Shown here in pieces: positions 44,301 to 53,774 of a DNA stretch of 64,000 nt. The notes beneath the pieces were generated by a model. That model searched no databases and was not told the origin of the DNA. It worked only from the letters and a program-made list of their open reading frames with translations. A program made the translations under genes and the position numbers. Numbering within the stretch: the stretch's first letter is position 1; every line of letters begins with the position of its first letter. This DNA is from Schizochytrium sp. TIO01 (Eukaryota; Protista; Bigyra: Labyrinthulomycetes), in NCBI GenBank assembly GCA_004764695.1, contig SMSO01000031.1:6058761-6122760 (forward strand). The letters are read 5' to 3'.

Positions 44301-45858
44301 GAATAGTTTACATCTCCGGGATGATGCACGAACGCATCGGTGGGTTTTTGTTCCGTCATACAACCGGGCAAGAGCAGCACTTTTAGACTATCGAGGTGCC
44401 TTGCCTGAAGCAGATGGCTTGAAAACAGTAGTATGTCTGGTAGTCAGGTCCGGAAAACAATTTGACAATTACAGAGACATGTTTGGCTCTGCATATGTCA
44501 TTATCGGGATGCCTACTGAGATGCCTTCTAAATACCAACCCGGAGACACGGTGTCAGCAAAGGGGGGAGGTATTGGGTATGCGCGTTTATTCATTCAGCT
44601 TTTGTCTTCCGCTCTAGGTCTGAAGTGGGTATGGCTTCTGGATGACAACGTCAATCTTTGTTTTCAACAACAAAATCTCGAAGATCAATCAAATAAAGAC
44701 AAAACTCGAGAAGGTATGCAGGCGTGCTCTTTTGATTCAGTCATGAACAAGATTGAGGAGGTTGTTCTCGAGGATCATAAAGCCAGACCGATACCGAAGG
44801 GTGATTACAAACAGATGGAAAACCCGGAATCATTATTACGTTCAGAACAACAACAACCTTGTGCGAGCGAAACAAAACCAGCTAAAGTTAGAGATGAGAT
44901 GACTGGTGGAGCCAACAAGTATGGTATGATTGGCATTCGGCGAGACCCGTATGGATCTCTTTGTGAACCTTTAAAGCCTTTCCAGGTGACGTACTCAGTT
45001 TACTCATTTGTTTTTCTAAACGTCGAGGAGACAGTGCGAAGAGAGATATTCTACCCTTGCAAGACGTTCTGGGAAGATGTCGAGTTTAATCATCTTCTAG
45101 ACGAGGAAGGGCTAGTTTGTTTGAAGGTGAACCACCTATATCATTGCAAAACAAATCTTAAACGCAGGTGTCTACTAGAAGATGATTCAATTGCAAAAGA
45201 AATAGAGGATTGGTATCTGTCCATTGACTTCGATGAATTCTCCTTTTTAAGGAACTACGAAGTCTCCATTTTGGAAATCATGTCCAATAGGTTTCCTTTG
45301 GCTTATAACGCAAGTACCGAGCTTTGGGCCAACGCCTTGAAGCAGCGCTTACTGGAGTTTACTCCCGACGGTGAAGCAAGAAGGGAAGTACTTAAGCTGT
45401 GTATGCTGGAAATCTCTACTAGCCGTGATAATTCCTGGGTCAATGAATTGTCTCTTCACCTTCCTTCTGAAATGCCCACAAAAGATTCTTCTTGGTTACT
45501 TGGGTTACTTGTGCGAAAGGGAGACGCCGAATATACCATTTTTGACAACCTTATTAAAACGGTTGCTGTAGGTATCAAACTCAAGTACCGAGACCCCGGA
45601 AGTTTTTGTCTTGAAAAGATTTGGGAGAATCGAGATTTCTTTCTGTTTACGATTAAGAAAAGGCATTCTGATGATATGGACATTGAGGAACGTTGTTCCC
45701 AATCTGAGAATCTGCCTGGGAAGGGAAGCACAAACTCTGGCGGTTCTCCACAGAAGGAGATACAAGGACAGGAACGAAAGCGTGTAGCTAGCGAGGCCTT
45801 GGTATATGATTTGACTCAAGACGAATCAGAAAACAAGAAACTGAAGAGTACGTCTTAA
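38323..45858 (+). CDS. GREB1-like protein copy B: circularly permuted SF2 helicase + TAGT-type glycosyltransferase (~2511 aa)
   Basis: Same motif order as copy A: DECH 40411, SATP 40504, QEFGRVCRY 42715, AQCQQGKT ~43348, TAGT ~44341-45160. ATG 38323 chosen because its context (CAGACAACCATG) aligns with copy A (TAGACAAGCATG). Confidence 0.8.
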   Translation: MLAKKYAKGTGTRKRPSAASGAKPNDSSDLPGDGHQTQKKSRTTKKPTPQQKSRTTKKPTPQQKSRTTKKPTPQQKSRTPEKPTTPEKPATPEKPTTPEKPATPEKPTTPEKPTTPEKPATPEKPTTPEKPTTPEKPTTSEIPTTLENPTTPEISTTPENPTEVPNKTSDKPPLVLVLNGALDELSENTENGDEAQPDWPQALLEMQRNKEIELLPLTKLLNHCWLEGEVPNLSNERALRGTLRFRFNPGTTEAMDVFRAEIFALVMLKTTHEFCYSNKFQFLKISERDQTPCLNVDEDHVGILRALESKSKNAFKKFEKPVRSMYNLIQQLRRDHLRKPFEVEELKKLLEDCKHDNKTQFLSCQTDDSFDVDSTTSISNNCIMIFPSPNDTATIRRIIEENEKDDEEAEESDTDSDGDSETIHLCDIPLTVEFSDNNTNSSSDLKNAGVLKLHLATKHMNDCNFLKQILQGPCNRNEFDDAELSAFSEDCLNSFDKKSLSELSRAAQNTLLQELRFHIINPIPRNPSGQNQGDQFQKLESIRKNIEEEILKEVKIVVSAAKEGHDLPTVKITLPTRYAQSEQDNEVPEREEGSQGLAHPEQREVAEQLFEKACEVLTGSKTSSKLATMFDRVHFVILVPNFNSLLQQTKERVEAAMLTNGHVMKYTMEPKTAVDQQLKHLKSLAENERNLILIVADECHHGPGVSGAHHQLLNEKLNGENVLRLLVSATPQNALTSCTRIPENNVVPWYKATSLYRSMDYYVETATWAIPAKVSNLRFKVYDNARAPSSSGEVPVHGHADRTFRFPMHDYGSYVRVLNSLADETLKKSDEFAHLPRRSKNSGAMTFSVQIVGSGDTKLKVRYPFRLLEFDESNFDLNTGILNRLGFDAADFPRISEATEHGNKKFIDVTARRTPNLCDMDGEKGKKEGGLLDVTASGTPNLCDMDGEKGKKEGGLVDVTASGTPNLCDMDGEKGKKEGGLVDVTASGTPNPCDMDGKKGKKGKKEGGLLDVDCLPRRRQKVLCDNAFQTFLSICETNANFGKRLSKERKATKFIAKNVPLYNGHILMTDYILSLTFLAIYRVDREHLFDTKAMETAEDIFLPIDNYSTCVRDESKLKEFAQMLGFAEILGFDQPNEKVTEFKTATGMANVQHVMDVLLNALCHTAWGELIGFRAAGGSEDDDSSEIDDSIEADNDSDEVFDLNTSDFKKTLSSDEIEILKKMRKKRKFSSKKVEFKTEGIRPDARRILWKYIIWSKLKRHEEDLSHEQDNTSEAWYNETDRLVYDLLNIDPKYRTGRMAVIRVYESDENLSVQDGLRSALKRLKLTSDDKGGVLSVVGDIGGHESKQKSGRGRTRSGTSLHNQVEPWTLERDLRHPFEQESSPETRETILDRVAKHQGMGSEQDTRRHTKAKQKEAAAKYEDLENLPTIVILCEKGRMGDTFPHSLRFLDLRLRSSKTYSTFVQEFGRVCRYPALRKDEDGFRDIRVDDNGVIENEDAVTTETRRWLQTFFINCGSVAVSDPGNNVCFHADSQQQLEDRFFQELHKRKSGGVLPLRGTWKIRMYVHVLPTVLMSTERFQTQIAKAIENKYEHCWGENRIDQCIPGDVDKYVQRKGELQGFKCEYIEGKLSVTNPLHSIESYRKMLIPKATARDPHYDDGRTPGKDEDSKRLLLMAQCQQGKTGTYLHFVRLLKNAIKFEEPVVPEALPLARSQQCIFPYWENLTISNQIPLYNLYNHPAKGQYHRKAMEQRTLMLLVGAAQNPTNWLQTYLQYLCRESGEAIQTKIGIEKVMALGDACRNKGCPVKLEPPSVIDQLTLQKCINYDGRFTKDPAVKSAFESWTLENDNTDFVNFAKESIANINMKDKCQDSMKILRKAQAHLQKSLWGSRTMTKMDRAGAPRHNQLSSADTNSQPVEKVSKESYTEFAARPVTNSFNQAYNKGSSLYENLSVSDEDSAHVLLNIPALSIPIDGFHRISTDDRSSFSPIRISHGNSLHLRDDARTHRWVFVPSYNRARAALLDYRGALPEADGLKTVVCLVVRSGKQFDNYRDMFGSAYVIIGMPTEMPSKYQPGDTVSAKGGGIGYARLFIQLLSSALGLKWVWLLDDNVNLCFQQQNLEDQSNKDKTREGMQACSFDSVMNKIEEVVLEDHKARPIPKGDYKQMENPESLLRSEQQQPCASETKPAKVRDEMTGGANKYGMIGIRRDPYGSLCEPLKPFQVTYSVYSFVFLNVEETVRREIFYPCKTFWEDVEFNHLLDEEGLVCLKVNHLYHCKTNLKRRCLLEDDSIAKEIEDWYLSIDFDEFSFLRNYEVSILEIMSNRFPLAYNASTELWANALKQRLLEFTPDGEARREVLKLCMLEISTSRDNSWVNELSLHLPSEMPTKDSSWLLGLLVRKGDAEYTIFDNLIKTVAVGIKLKYRDPGSFCLEKIWENRDFFLFTIKKRHSDDMDIEERCSQSENLPGKGSTNSGGSPQKEIQGQERKRVASEALVYDLTQDESENKKLKSTS
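38435..38810 (+). repeat. Coding minisatellite: 36-bp (QKSRTTKKPTPQ) units followed by ~14 18-bp (TPEKPT/A) units
   Basis: CAACAGAAATCAAGAACCACAAAGAAACCAACACCT repeated, then ACTCCAGAGAA(A/G)CCA(A/G)CA repeated. Confidence 0.92.
41044..41358 (+). repeat. Coding tandem repeat, four 75-bp units (DVTASGTPNLCDMDGEKGKKEGGL[L/V])
   Basis: GATGTCACGGCCAG recurs at 41044, 41119, 41194 and 41269; the last unit carries a 9-bp extra. Confidence 0.92.
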
Positions 45859-46307
45859 AACGCATAAATTCGAAGAATAAGAAAGCTAAGAAGCCTCCCA
45901 CTACCAAAGTTTCCTCATCATTCAAAAAAAGAACTAAGGGCAAACCCTCAAAGCATCAATGTAGTTAGCTGCAAAAGACGATATGTGAATAGCTTTTCAT
46001 TCTTAATTCAGTAAGAAAAACTTCTTGCTTATGTTCGGCGCCGAAGCCTTGGAGGAGCTCTTCGATTACCAGGTCTACAGAAAAAGAAAGAAAATTGTAT
46101 TCACAGAACTCGTGATAAGATTTCCGAAGATTTTTAGTCTCTCGCTAGACATACACCACAAGGAAAGAAAGGAGAAGAAAGATCCTGAAAGTACCTTCGC
46201 ACACACTGAAATTATATCTTACGGAACAACTATCTAGAATTCAATCAATAATTGGTATTCTGGTCTAACTGTTGGAATTTAAGGCCCTTATTTTTTAATT
46301 ATTATAT

Positions 46308-46311
<4 letters not shown>

Positions 46312-46357
<46 letters not shown>
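46312..46357 (+). repeat. Poly-A tract (46 nt)
   Basis: Read directly, ~450 nt after the copy B stop codon. Confidence 0.9.
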
Positions 46358-46359
<2 letters not shown>

Positions 46360-47133
46360 TAATTGGGTGGGAAGTGCGCCTTTTTCTTCTTGGTTTTTAG
46401 CATTGTATCTCGCATGAAGAAGTTCGGGTGATATTTGTTCTTTCCTAAATTTTAATTGAACTTATATTTTGAAATAGTAAGTTATCATATCATATCTAGA
46501 GGTTTTGAGAGGAAAATAGATTTTTTGAAGTACGGGTTATTCGTTGCAGAATACTGTGAACAGCTTTGGTAGTAAGAAGGTTGCTCCCCTGCAAAACTTT
46601 GTACTTTCGATTTGGAATCATATAAGTCGCCCACGAAAGACGGATAAATCAGGTTAAATTTGCCATGATTGATTGACAGAGTGACTTGTCCAAGAGTTGA
46701 TATATGCGTTTTTTTCATACTTGCAGTTGATCATAGTAGTAGGTATTTCGTAAATTTTACTCTCAAAGATAAAATTAAAAATGCAGATAATCGCAACTCA
46801 TGGATTGTTAGATGATTGCTCCGTACGAAGCCCTCGGAGACCAGCAATGGAGCGTACTTCAGATATCTGTTGAGATTTGATCCACCCATGAGTTAAGCTA
46901 AGGCCCTCTTCTGTTCTTGTCAGTTTATGATTGGAGGTTGCCAGGAGAGCGGCTAGCTGGTTACTCTCTCTTACCCAGGACCACTAAGAAGCTGTTTGCA
47001 TGGATCTTCCGTTTCAACAACAAATGCGCTCAATCAATTTTGGTTGACTGAGAAACGAGAAGATTTCGAGTATCTGTACTCCTAGCATCTACGCCACTAG
47101 CTGTATAGATAGCTATCTAGATAGCTAGATAGC

Positions 47134-47459
<326 letters not shown>

Positions 47460-47483
47460 CGCATCAGATTGCCCTTTCAAGAT

Positions 47484-48023
47484 CTATCATCTCTAGAAAA
47501 AGCGGAATATGGCAAGGCAGGGAGCTATGTAAGGCAACCTCAGTCTCGAAATTCTTAGGAGTGTTCTAAGTGGAAAGCCTCTTCTGAACTTTAAAATTCG
47601 TCCATCACAGGCGCTCTCAAGAAAAAAAAATAGAATCGACTAAGTACCGCACCATCAGACTAAGTAGAAGTCTGCTTCCAATTTTCTCTCCATTGGCGGT
47701 CAGCCAAGATTGACAGAGATATTCGCTGAAGAAGCAGGAGATCTATTGCAACGTTACAATGGCGATGCGTGAGCTAATTGTCGTTCCTCTTATGGCTTCC
47801 AATCCTTAGCTGACAAGAGTAGAAGGGGCCCTCAGCTCGATTGATGCGCTGATCAGATGTGGGTAATAATGTTTGTATTGCCTTTATATAACCAAAGAAG
47901 TAGTTTAAACCATTATATTCGAAACAAGAGCATGCCGATCATGAATGCAAAACTGAAATAGAGGAATAAGGTTCTGAGGGTGAGGTCAGTCTGCGGAGCG
48001 ACGCGCAACTACGTGTATTCAAG
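47484..48023 (+). repeat. Duplicated upstream region of copy C (homologous to 37760-38322)
   Basis: Colinear similarity with the copy B upstream region. Confidence 0.85.
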
Positions 48024-51000
48024 ATGTCTAAGAAGGTTGTTGTGGAGGGCGGCAGCCCGGCACAGTCCGCTAGTCCAGGGAACGAACCGGAGCAGTGCGA
48101 TGTGATCATCTTAGAAAGTGATGACGATGAAGACGATCAATCGGGGCTGGGGTCAGGACCTGATGAAGTATCGCGAGCGTCATCACGAAGTGAGTCAGGA
48201 GAGCCACCTGGTGTACGGGATGAATCGCCTTTTGACATCCTTCTCGAGAAAGAACAAGCTATCCAGCAAGCTGTCGGGTCATCCGAGGATGACCCGAAGG
48301 TTGAAGATGAAGCAGTGGTTTTGGACACCCTTCGTGAGAAAGAACAAGCTATCCAGCAAGCTGCCGGGTCATCCGAGAATGACCCAAAGGTTGAAGATGA
48401 AGCAGTGCGTTTATGCAACATTCCGTTCACCGTAGAGCTTGCTAATGGCAATGCAAATGGCTCAGGCAATATAGAGTACAAAGGGGTGATAAAGCTGCAC
48501 CTCGCAACGAAGTATAGCCGCAACGCTGGTTTCCTTGAACTGATTTTGAAGGGCCCGCGCACCAAAGGTAAAGCTTTTACTGATTCTGACATGTCTTCAT
48601 TTAACAAGGACGATCCAAATCCAATTAGCAAGGAAGAACTAGCATCAATCAGTAAGGCTGCGCGGAATAGTCTTCAACATAAGCTCGAGTTCCTTCCGCT
48701 ACGATTGAAAGACAATCCATTTGAAAACATGTTTATTGAGATAGTAAAATTTAAGTCGCAAAAGAAGAATGTTCCATGGGTCAAGATAACACTACCTATG
48801 GATTCTGCTCTAATGCCGGAGCGAAGCATCGGCCCAGAGCGAGAAGAGAGGAGACAAGGCCTCGCTCATCCAGAACAGCGCGAAGTCGCCGAAGAGCTTT
48901 TCGAGATAGCATGTCAAGCTCTGACTGGCTCCAAAAGTCCCTCTAAATTGGTCACAATGTTTGACCGTGTGCATTTTGTCATTCTCGTGCCAAACTTCAA
49001 CTCACTTTTACAGCAAACAAAAGAACGAGTTGAAGCTGCAATGCTGACAGATGGACATGTCATGAAGTACACAATGGAATCGAAAACTGCAATCAATCAA
49101 CAGTTGAAGCAGCTACAGGTCTTGGCTGAGAATGAGCGAAACCTGATTTTGATCGTTGCAGATGAATGTCACCATGGGCCAGGCCGGGGTGGAGCACATC
49201 ACCAACTATTGAATGAAAAATTGAATGGGAAAAACATCCTGCGTCTACTCGTCTCTGCAACACCCCAAAACACTTTAACTTCATGTACTCGTATCCCTGA
49301 AAATAACATTGTTACCTGGTATAAGGCAACCTCTCTGTATCGAAGTATGGACTACTATGTGGAGACAGCAACATGGGCTATTCCTGCAAAAGTTCGCAAC
49401 CTACGCTTCAATCTGATAGCCGGTGCGAGGGCCCCTTCAAGCAGTGGCGAGATTCCGGTTCATGGCCATGATAATCGCACCTTTCGTTTTCCTATGCATG
49501 ATTACGGATCATACGTAAGAGTTCTCCATAGTCTTGTTGACGAAACCCTGGCGAAGTCAGATAAATTTGCGCACCTTCCCCCCAGAACTAAAAATTCTGG
49601 TGCAATGACGTTTTCTGTAGAAGTTGTTGGAAATGGCGAGACGAAATTGAAAGTGAGATACCCATTCCGTCTCTTAGAATTTGATGATTCTAACTTTGAT
49701 CCAGACACGGGTATTCTTACCTGGCTGGGGTTTTCCAAAGATGACTTTGACAAAAAAATTAGAGCACCGAGACATAGAAATAAAAAATATCTCGATGTCA
49801 TGGCCAGTGGGATGCCCATTCTATGTGATATGGATGGAGAGGAAAGAAAGAGAAAAGGTCTCTTTGTCGATGTAGATTGCCTACCAAGGAGGCGACAAAA
49901 GGTGCTCAGTGACAACACTTTCCAAACCTTCCTTTCTATATGTGAGACAGATGCGAACTTTGGTAAACGCCTTGGCAGAGCGCGTAAAACAAGCAAAAGC
50001 ATCGCAAAGAATGTGCCACTTTATAATGGTCATATTCTCATGACAGACTATATCTTGTCTCTAACGTTCTTGGCTATATATCGCGTGGACCGGGAACATT
50101 TATTCGACACAAAGGCCATGGAGACTGCGGAGGACATTTTTCTTCCAAAAAAAGACAACTTAACATGCGTGAGAGATGAATCTAAGTTAAGGGAGTTTGC
50201 GCAGATGCTTGGTTTTGCCGAGATCCTGGGGTTTGATCAGCCCGATGAGACAGTGACTAAATTTAGAGCAGCAACCGGGATGGCTGACGTACAACATGTC
50301 ATGGACGTTTTACTAAATGCACTTCGTCGAACAGCTTTGGGCGAACTTTTTGCTCTTATACGTCCAGCTGCCGACTCTAATGAATCTGAAGGTCAAAAGG
50401 AAATGGAGAGATCAATGTTTCAGGAGGTCCTTTCTTCAGACGAAAGGCACAACTTGGAAAAAATGATAAACGAAACAGATCAGAGTGAATTAGAGGATGC
50501 TGAATTAGACAATTGGAACTTTTCAGAACACGTATGGAGAGCTGTATGGAAATACATCATTTGGTCAAAGCTCAAACGTCATAATGAAGACCTAAATTCT
50601 GAGCAGGATAACACATCTGAAGAATGGTATAATGAGACTGATCGTCTTGTATACGACCTTTTAGACATCCACCCAAAGTATCGCACGGGGCGTATGGCTG
50701 TTATCCGTGTTTACGAGTCAGATGAGAACTTGTCGGTCCAAGATGGCCTTCGTAGTGCTCTGAAACGACTTAAACTCACAAGTGATGATATAAACAAGGG
50801 TGGTGTTTTGAGCGTTGTAGGAGACGGGTATGAGTTTCATTGGAGATCGACGCAATCTTCCAAATTACTCTTTCAGTTAGAAAATTCAACCCTGAAACTT
50901 AAACAGTTGGAGAGATGGACTCTAACGCGTGATTTGCGGAACCCGTTCGAACAAGCTGCCGACCCTAATGCTCACAAAGGGGTACTAGAGCGAGTGCGAA

Positions 51001-53774
51001 GACGCCAAGAAATGAGTTCAGAGCAAGATGCATTTGATTTGATGAAACTAGAACAAAGGGACGCCTGGGCGAAGTATGAAGACCTTGAGAACCTTCCTAC
51101 AATTCTTATCTTGTGTGAAAAAGGTAGAATGGGAGATACATTCCCTCATTCGTTGCGCTTCCTTGACCTGCGTCTGCGGTCCTCTAAATCGTATTCGAAT
51201 TTTCTGCAGGAGTTCGGTCGTGTCTGTCGCTATCCAGCTTTGCGAAAAGATAAAGATGGTTTTCGTGATATTGAAGTTCGCGTTGACGATAGTGGGGACA
51301 TTGAGAACGAACATTTCATTAAGATGGAAATTCAGAACATTTGCATCTGGTTGCAAAGATTCTTCATAGACTGTGGAAGTGTAGCTGTATCTGATCCTGG
51401 AAATAATGTCTGCTTTCATGCGGATTCACAACGGCAGCTAGAAGATCGTTTTTCCCAGGAGCTTCGTCAGAGAGAGTCATCAGGGAACCTGCCTCTGCGA
51501 GGAACTTGGAAGGTTCGTATGTACGTTCATGTGTTGCCGACTGTACTAATGAGCCCTGAACGCTTCAAAACCCAGATTGCACAAGCTATTGAGAGCAAGT
51601 ATGAGCATTGTTGGGGTGAACACCGTATTGATCAATGCATTCCAGGTGATGTTGATAAGTACGTGCAGAGGAAAGGTGAACTTCAAGGCTTTATACGTGG
51701 ATATTCCGAAGGTAAGCTGATGGTGACCAATCCTTTGCATAGTATCGAGTCATATCAGAGAACGTTAGTCCCAAAACCGGAAGCGACAGCGAGAGATCCC
51801 CATTACGATGTCGGACGCACACCTGATGATGAGAAAGACTCAAAACGCTTGCTTCTCATGGCCCAGTCGCAACAAGGCAAAACAGGAGCATATCTACATT
51901 TTGTTCGTCTGCTCAAGGATTCAATCGAATTTGAAGAACCGGTGGTTCCAGAGGCCCTCCCTCTTGCCAGGTCGCAGCAATGCATTTTTCCTTACTGGAA
52001 GGACCTCACCACTTCAATTCAGAGACCTCTTCGCTACTTCTATAATCACCCTGCCAAAGGACAGTATCATTTCAACGCGATGCAACAGCGAACACTCATG
52101 CTTCTTGCTGGTGCTGAGCAAAACCCAACAAACTGGCTTCAGACGTATTTGCAATACTTACGCGGGGAATCTGGCGAAGCTATCCGGACAAAAATTGGAA
52201 TAGAAAAAGTTAAGGCACTCGGAGACGCTTGCCGTAATAAGGGCTGCCCAGTTAAGCTTGAGCCTCCTTTTGTGATAGATCAGCTTACTTTGCAAAAGTG
52301 TATCAATTATGACGGCAGATTTACAAAAGATCCAGCTGTTAAATCTGCATTCGAGAGCTGGACTTTGGAGAACGATAACACAGACTTTGTCGATTTTGCA
52401 AAGGAATCAATTGCGAATATGAACATGAAAGACAAGTGTCAAGATCCTATGAAAATCCTTCATAAAACTCAAATGCATGTACAAAAGTCTCTCTGGGGCT
52501 CCCGTACCATGACAAAGATGGACCGTGCAGGTGCACCAAGACACACGCAATCAAGTTCTGTTGATACGAACAGCCAGCCAGTTGAGAAAGTCTCGAAAGA
52601 ATCCTACACTGAATTCGCTGCTCGGCCAGTGACCAATGCTTTCAATCAAGCCTACAACAAAGGCTCTTCGCTCTATGAGAATGTCTCAGTGTCAGGTGAA
52701 GACTCTGCTCATGTTCTCCTGAACATTCCTGCTTTGTCAATCCCAATAGACGGTTTTCACGGAATATCTACTGACGACAGATTATCGTTCAGTCCAATTC
52801 GCTTAAGTCACAGTAGTTTACATCTCCGGGATGGTGCACGAACGCATCGGTGGGTTTTTGTTCCGTCTTACAACCGGGCAGCAACAGCGCTTTTAGACTA
52901 TCGAGGTGCCTTGCCTGAAGCAGATGGCTTGAAAACAGTAGTATGTCTGGTAGTCAGGTCTGGAGAACAATTTGACAATTACAGAGACATCTTTGGCTCT
53001 GCATATGTCATTATCGGGATGCCTACTGAGATGCCTTCTAAATACCAACCCGGAGACACGGTGTCAGCAACGGGGGGAGGGATTGGGTATGCGCGTTTGT
53101 TCATTCAGCTTTTGTCTTCCGCTCTAGGTCTGAAGTGGGTATGGCTTCTGGATGACAACGTCAATCTTTGTTTTCAACAACAAATTGTCGAAGATCGATC
53201 AAATAAAGACGAAAGGCAAGAAGGTATGCAGGCGTGTTCTTTTGATGCAGTCATGAACAAGATTGAGAAGATTGTTCTTGATGATCATAAAGCCGAGCCG
53301 AAACCGAAGGGTGAATACGAACAGATGAAAAACCCAGAATCGCTGTTACGGTTGGAACCACCACCTCGTGTGAGCGAAAGAAAACTAGCTAGAAATAGAG
53401 ATGATTTGACTGGCGGAGCCAACAAGTATGGTCTGATTGGCATTCGGCGAGACCCGTGTGGATCTCTTAATGACCCTTCGAAGCCTTTCCAGGTGACGTA
53501 CTCAGTTTACTCATTTGTTTTTCTAAACGTCGAGGAGACAGTGAGAAGAGAGATATTCTACCCTTGCAAGACATTCTGGGAAGATGTTGAGTTTAATCAT
53601 CTTTTAGATGAGGGAGGGCTCGTTTGTTTGAAGGTGAACTATCTATATCATTGCAAAACAAATCTCAATCGTCGATTTCGGTCCATCGACGCTTCGGAAT
53701 TCATCAGTAAGCCAAGACGAAAACGTTCTCATGCTCCCTTGAGCGAACCTCCTACTAAAAGGAAACAGTATTAG
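48024..53774 (+). CDS. GREB1-like protein copy C: permuted SF2 helicase + TAGT-type glycosyltransferase, shortened at both ends (1916 aa)
   Basis: DECH 49161, SATP, QEFGRVCRY, AQSQQGKTGAY ~51860, TAGT ~52851-53670; ORF is uninterrupted. Confidence 0.8.
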   Translation: MSKKVVVEGGSPAQSASPGNEPEQCDVIILESDDDEDDQSGLGSGPDEVSRASSRSESGEPPGVRDESPFDILLEKEQAIQQAVGSSEDDPKVEDEAVVLDTLREKEQAIQQAAGSSENDPKVEDEAVRLCNIPFTVELANGNANGSGNIEYKGVIKLHLATKYSRNAGFLELILKGPRTKGKAFTDSDMSSFNKDDPNPISKEELASISKAARNSLQHKLEFLPLRLKDNPFENMFIEIVKFKSQKKNVPWVKITLPMDSALMPERSIGPEREERRQGLAHPEQREVAEELFEIACQALTGSKSPSKLVTMFDRVHFVILVPNFNSLLQQTKERVEAAMLTDGHVMKYTMESKTAINQQLKQLQVLAENERNLILIVADECHHGPGRGGAHHQLLNEKLNGKNILRLLVSATPQNTLTSCTRIPENNIVTWYKATSLYRSMDYYVETATWAIPAKVRNLRFNLIAGARAPSSSGEIPVHGHDNRTFRFPMHDYGSYVRVLHSLVDETLAKSDKFAHLPPRTKNSGAMTFSVEVVGNGETKLKVRYPFRLLEFDDSNFDPDTGILTWLGFSKDDFDKKIRAPRHRNKKYLDVMASGMPILCDMDGEERKRKGLFVDVDCLPRRRQKVLSDNTFQTFLSICETDANFGKRLGRARKTSKSIAKNVPLYNGHILMTDYILSLTFLAIYRVDREHLFDTKAMETAEDIFLPKKDNLTCVRDESKLREFAQMLGFAEILGFDQPDETVTKFRAATGMADVQHVMDVLLNALRRTALGELFALIRPAADSNESEGQKEMERSMFQEVLSSDERHNLEKMINETDQSELEDAELDNWNFSEHVWRAVWKYIIWSKLKRHNEDLNSEQDNTSEEWYNETDRLVYDLLDIHPKYRTGRMAVIRVYESDENLSVQDGLRSALKRLKLTSDDINKGGVLSVVGDGYEFHWRSTQSSKLLFQLENSTLKLKQLERWTLTRDLRNPFEQAADPNAHKGVLERVRRRQEMSSEQDAFDLMKLEQRDAWAKYEDLENLPTILILCEKGRMGDTFPHSLRFLDLRLRSSKSYSNFLQEFGRVCRYPALRKDKDGFRDIEVRVDDSGDIENEHFIKMEIQNICIWLQRFFIDCGSVAVSDPGNNVCFHADSQRQLEDRFSQELRQRESSGNLPLRGTWKVRMYVHVLPTVLMSPERFKTQIAQAIESKYEHCWGEHRIDQCIPGDVDKYVQRKGELQGFIRGYSEGKLMVTNPLHSIESYQRTLVPKPEATARDPHYDVGRTPDDEKDSKRLLLMAQSQQGKTGAYLHFVRLLKDSIEFEEPVVPEALPLARSQQCIFPYWKDLTTSIQRPLRYFYNHPAKGQYHFNAMQQRTLMLLAGAEQNPTNWLQTYLQYLRGESGEAIRTKIGIEKVKALGDACRNKGCPVKLEPPFVIDQLTLQKCINYDGRFTKDPAVKSAFESWTLENDNTDFVDFAKESIANMNMKDKCQDPMKILHKTQMHVQKSLWGSRTMTKMDRAGAPRHTQSSSVDTNSQPVEKVSKESYTEFAARPVTNAFNQAYNKGSSLYENVSVSGEDSAHVLLNIPALSIPIDGFHGISTDDRLSFSPIRLSHSSLHLRDGARTHRWVFVPSYNRAATALLDYRGALPEADGLKTVVCLVVRSGEQFDNYRDIFGSAYVIIGMPTEMPSKYQPGDTVSATGGGIGYARLFIQLLSSALGLKWVWLLDDNVNLCFQQQIVEDRSNKDERQEGMQACSFDAVMNKIEKIVLDDHKAEPKPKGEYEQMKNPESLLRLEPPPRVSERKLARNRDDLTGGANKYGLIGIRRDPCGSLNDPSKPFQVTYSVYSFVFLNVEETVRREIFYPCKTFWEDVEFNHLLDEGGLVCLKVNYLYHCKTNLNRRFRSIDASEFISKPRRKRSHAPLSEPPTKRKQY
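48239..48407 (+). repeat. Coding 90-bp tandem duplication (EKEQAIQQA.GSSE.DPKVEDEAV x2)
   Basis: GAGAAAGAACAAGCTATCCAGCAAGCTG at 48246 and 48336. Confidence 0.9.
49329..50824 (+). repeat. Near-identical ~1.5-kb block, inverted partner of 32953-34448
   Basis: Reverse-complement identity checked at several points; few substitutions (e.g. EDLSSEQD vs EDLNSEQD). Confidence 0.9.
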
